44,853 nt of DNA from Candidatus Saccharimonadota bacterium (lineage in GTDB: Bacteria > Patescibacteriota > Saccharimonadia > Saccharimonadales > JACOTW01), in the NCBI GenBank assembly GCA_016178135.1, contig JACOTW010000010.1, forward strand, positions 1 through 44,853, in the 5' to 3' direction. A model generated the notes under the pieces. That model did not search any database and was not told the origin of the DNA. It saw only the letters and a program-made list of their open reading frames with translations. Of this stretch, positions 41,573 through 44,853 are shown piece by piece. Position numbers and translations under genes: made by a program. The first letter of the stretch is position 1; each line of letters starts with the position of its first letter.

Positions 41573-43262
41573 TTGAGCTGTTGTCATTATTAACCTGTTC
41601 AAACGTAATTGTTATTTTGCCGGTTTGCTTTGGCATTTTGTAGACCCAAAATGGGCTGTAATTTATAGTAACTTCTTTTACGCCCGGACGACTACCGATT
41701 ATATTCTGGGCTTCACCTTTTTTCTTGCCAGCTATAGCCTTTTTAATACCGGTAACGTCTGATTGTACGCCAGCCACGACTTCAGTTTGCAACAAAAATC
41801 TTACATCACCGTTAGCCTGCTTATTAACATCTCTGAAAACCGTCGCATCAAGACCGTTGTCAAGAATTTTTTGTTTCTTAGTGTCTATATGGCCCTTGGA
41901 GTCTTCTTCTATTAGTTGTTTGACGGCATCGAGTTTTACTCCCGTCATAACATAACTGACCGTAACACTGACATTCACTTCTGTTGCCTGATCACCAACA
42001 CTAGGTGCGGAAGTAACTACCGGAGCGCCGACCGTCAAAGTATCAGGTAACGCCAGATAACCTTCGGCTACTAGTAATTTAGAAACCTCGGCCTTACTGG
42101 TCTGTAGATTCTGATCCAAGATTTTCTGCTTGGCACTATCCAGGTCCGCTTGGCTTACGACTTTAACAATATTGCTAGTACCGCCACTCATGGCCGAGCC
42201 TTTACCAGTCATGGTCGGAAAATTGGACACAGCATAATCCCTTGCACTCAAGTTATAGCTATCACCGCCATTTTGAGCCATAACGACAACCGATGCAGAT
42301 TGTTTATTTGCCTGACAAGTATCGCCAGTGTAGCTACTCGGCTCAACGTCAACTGCTTCGGTGGTAATAAAATTCTTGCTACCAGAAGATATAGTGGTTC
42401 CAGCAGGTACAGTTCTAACAATATCTCCGAGTTTATCAGTCTTATTGCAGTTAATGAATTTCACGGTACCAGAGGCCTTGGTACCTAAGTCTTTTTCGCC
42501 TGTCGCCATCGCTTTTATGGCATCGGTTTTTTTATATTCTTTAGTAATTGCAGGGACAATTTTTTGCTGTTTGTCGAGTTCTTTGGCTGCCGAACTGGCT
42601 GTCATCGTCAAACTAGCCGCGTAACTGGTAGTATAAGTTTTTATAACAATCCTGGCACTGGGCATGACAAAAAAGGCAAAATACCAAAATACAATAAGCC
42701 CGACTAATAAAATGCTACCTAGAATTAGTTTTGTGCGGAATTTGTCAAAATTCGGGATTTTGAATTTCTTGTTCTTTTTCGGTTTGGTGGTTTTTGGTAG
42801 TTTTTCTTCGGGCTCCAAATCATCATTGTCAAACTCAATAGTTTCATCTTCTGGCTGACGAGACAAGCTAGCCAATTCACCAATTGGCCTTGTATTATCA
42901 ATACTGGTGCCAGTTGCTTCTTCTGGGCCAACATCTTCGCTAACCGTCAGTGGTGTGCTGTCAGGCATAGATGGCGAGGGTGGAATTGCTGGCTTAGTTT
43001 GCAATGTCCTGGCAACATGCACGCCTACCGCACCAGCTAGGGGTAAAATACCGGTTTCCGACGTAATCAGTACGATGTGTTTTTTGGCCGTATCACCCGT
43101 ACGTTTCAATAATCGCATATTTACAATGCTCTGCAATACGGTGGCCCGCTTTGGTAAAACTAGTGCTACGATCCTGTGCGAACTACCACGCACCTTATCT
43201 ATAATGCTGGTAATTTCATCGTCAAGATCAATATAAATAGTGTCTTTTGGCTGTTCAGCCAT
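41553..43262 (-). CDS. Hypothetical membrane protein downstream of ftsA (large extracellular beta-rich region)
   Basis: IYIDLDDEITSIIDKV N-domain, one TM helix, KASGTVKFIN..VPAGT segment. Confidence 0.75.
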   Translation of the reverse strand: MAEQPKDTIYIDLDDEITSIIDKVRGSSHRIVALVLPKRATVLQSIVNMRLLKRTGDTAKKHIVLITSETGILPLAGAVGVHVARTLQTKPAIPPSPSMPDSTPLTVSEDVGPEEATGTSIDNTRPIGELASLSRQPEDETIEFDNDDLEPEEKLPKTTKPKKNKKFKIPNFDKFRTKLILGSILLVGLIVFWYFAFFVMPSARIVIKTYTTSYAASLTMTASSAAKELDKQQKIVPAITKEYKKTDAIKAMATGEKDLGTKASGTVKFINCNKTDKLGDIVRTVPAGTTISSGSKNFITTEAVDVEPSSYTGDTCQANKQSASVVVMAQNGGDSYNLSARDYAVSNFPTMTGKGSAMSGGTSNIVKVVSQADLDSAKQKILDQNLQTSKAEVSKLLVAEGYLALPDTLTVGAPVVTSAPSVGDQATEVNVSVTVSYVMTGVKLDAVKQLIEEDSKGHIDTKKQKILDNGLDATVFRDVNKQANGDVRFLLQTEVVAGVQSDVTGIKKAIAGKKKGEAQNIIGSRPGVKEVTINYSPFWVYKMPKQTGKITITFEQVNNDNSSNGTSNP

Positions 43263-43367
43263 GCGTATATCCTTTGGAAGCATCAAACGAGTATCTGGCT
43301 TGAATCAAACTAGCCCGTCCACAATCTGACAACTGATCAATTTTTATACTGTATTCTGATGATTGTT

Positions 43368-44669
43368 TCATGCTCTTAACATCCTGTCTATTTTCTCCCG
43401 AATTGAGCCGACGTTACTGTTGTCTTGATTCAACGTATCAAGACCAACCCTAAGCAAACCCATGGCAGTTATAAAAGTATGATCGGTAACTGAACCAGTT
43501 TTGTCAACAATCCCCACCACCTGCTCTGGTTGAATATGCTGCACGACTGGTTTCCGAGTAAACGGCAGACCCCGATACCAGTTGGTTTCTTCTAGCTCAT
43601 TCATCAACATATCGAGACTTGAACCACCACCACAAAGCAATAAACGATTGGGAAGATGATCGAGTTGAGTAAACTCTCCGAGGGCTAGTTCCACACCACT
43701 AATCCATACATCAAGTGTTTTATCTAAAGCTTTTTCAATAGCAGGCACTTTTTGTGGCGGTGCCTTATGCGTACCCAGTGACAATTTTAGAGCTTCAGCT
43801 TGCAGAAAATCAACGCCAAGATCACGCTCAATAGCGCGCGTATAGGCCCGCCCGCCAATACCAAACATCTTTGTCCCTTGCACACCGCCCTCATTAATCA
43901 CCGCCACATCAGTAGTTCCACCACCAACATCCATCAAAACCGCACTCATGCTGGCATTTGGATCATCACCAATAACCGAACGAGCCACCGCGAACGGCTC
44001 GGCCGCTACAGCCAATAGGTCGAGGTCAAGTTCCTGGGCAGTTCGTTCCAGTGCTCCAATATGAATCATTGGCGCAAACGCCGTATAAAGCTGAACGACC
44101 ACTTCTTTGCCCTGAAAGCCTACTGGATTAGTAACCTTATAGCCATCGATATCAATATTCACTAACGCACTATTCACTAGCCGAATCTCCACCTCTTTGC
44201 CGCCAAGCTCCCAGACCAGCTGTTGTTTGGCTTTAGTCTGTGCACGATCTTGAACTAATTTAATAATTTGCTCGACTTCGTCGATATCTAGTGGTTTGTT
44301 CGGATTTTTACGACTGCAACGCACGGTTGTAGTAGTTCCCTTTACCAACTCGCCGGCAATACCAATGACAGCCGTACGAACGCTCACGCCAGACTGTTGT
44401 TCGGCCTGATTAAGAGCTTTGTCGCAATTGCCGACAACTGCGGCAATATCGGCAATAGCGCCAGCCTGCATGTCGGTTAATTGTTGATGGGCACGACCAA
44501 CACCAATAATTTCCAATTGGTCATCTTTTACTTGAGCAATCAGCGCTTTGACGTTTTCGGTGCCGATATCCAATCCCAAGATATATTCGCCTGTTTTGCC
44601 AACTTTTGACTTATGGGCAATTATAGAACTGGAGACGGACTGGGAAATGGTCTTAATTTTATCAAGCAT
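43368..44669 (-). CDS. ftsA: FtsA-like actin-fold ATPase
   Basis: GLDIGTENVK, MDVGGGTTD, AEALK, LCGGGS; start at MLDKIK. Confidence 0.82.
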   Translation of the reverse strand: MLDKIKTISQSVSSSIIAHKSKVGKTGEYILGLDIGTENVKALIAQVKDDQLEIIGVGRAHQQLTDMQAGAIADIAAVVGNCDKALNQAEQQSGVSVRTAVIGIAGELVKGTTTTVRCSRKNPNKPLDIDEVEQIIKLVQDRAQTKAKQQLVWELGGKEVEIRLVNSALVNIDIDGYKVTNPVGFQGKEVVVQLYTAFAPMIHIGALERTAQELDLDLLAVAAEPFAVARSVIGDDPNASMSAVLMDVGGGTTDVAVINEGGVQGTKMFGIGGRAYTRAIERDLGVDFLQAEALKLSLGTHKAPPQKVPAIEKALDKTLDVWISGVELALGEFTQLDHLPNRLLLCGGGSSLDMLMNELEETNWYRGLPFTRKPVVQHIQPEQVVGIVDKTGSVTDHTFITAMGLLRVGLDTLNQDNSNVGSIREKIDRMLRA

Positions 44670-44684
44670 AATCTTAATAATTAT

Positions 44685-44764
44685 ACACGAGTTTCGCACT
44701 TCGCCATTGATGCGTAAAATCTCATCCCAAATGCGACTTTGCCGTAACTTTCGCTAATTCCAGT
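44685..44764. repeat. Family D arm plus a degenerate A-like end upstream of ftsA
   Basis: ACACGAGTTTCGCACTTCGCCATTG resembles the 36889 arm; ends TTTCGCTAATTCCAG. Confidence 0.55.
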
Positions 44765-44853
44765 GTAGCAGTCTCCGGATTTTCTGCGTAATATTGCGCG
44801 AACTGGGCTGGTGTCATCATGTTTGGTAGTCCCATATGCCAGCGCCGGTGGAT

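Overview
A ~45 kb bacterial chromosomal segment (genetic code 11). Gene content and compact, often leaderless gene starts suggest Patescibacteria/CPR, probably Ca. Saccharibacteria; this is an inference, not a database result. Most genes are housekeeping and on the minus strand: ilvE, ddl, a Mur ligase, ligA, htpX, lemA, secG, pepP, uvrC, trhO, rplY, uvrA, sbcB, obgE, mltG, ruvX and ftsA. There are eight intact tRNAs and two small accessory islets in the tRNA cluster. The most striking feature is a set of short non-autonomous inverted-repeat elements (MITE-like), in at least four families, with no transposase in the window. Family A has a 158-bp core, termini CTGGACTTACGCAAA...TTTGCGTAAGTCCAG and a 4-bp TNNA target duplication, so an insertion adds 162 bp (54 codons). 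It is open on both strands and sits in-frame inside uvrC, obgE, ruvX and a hypothetical gene. Its two subtypes keep the same internal stems with different sequences. Also present: nested elements, a GIY-YIG gene bracketed by inverted repeats exactly between two tRNAs, tRNA fragments broken at the T-loop, and candidate cis-regulatory RNAs.
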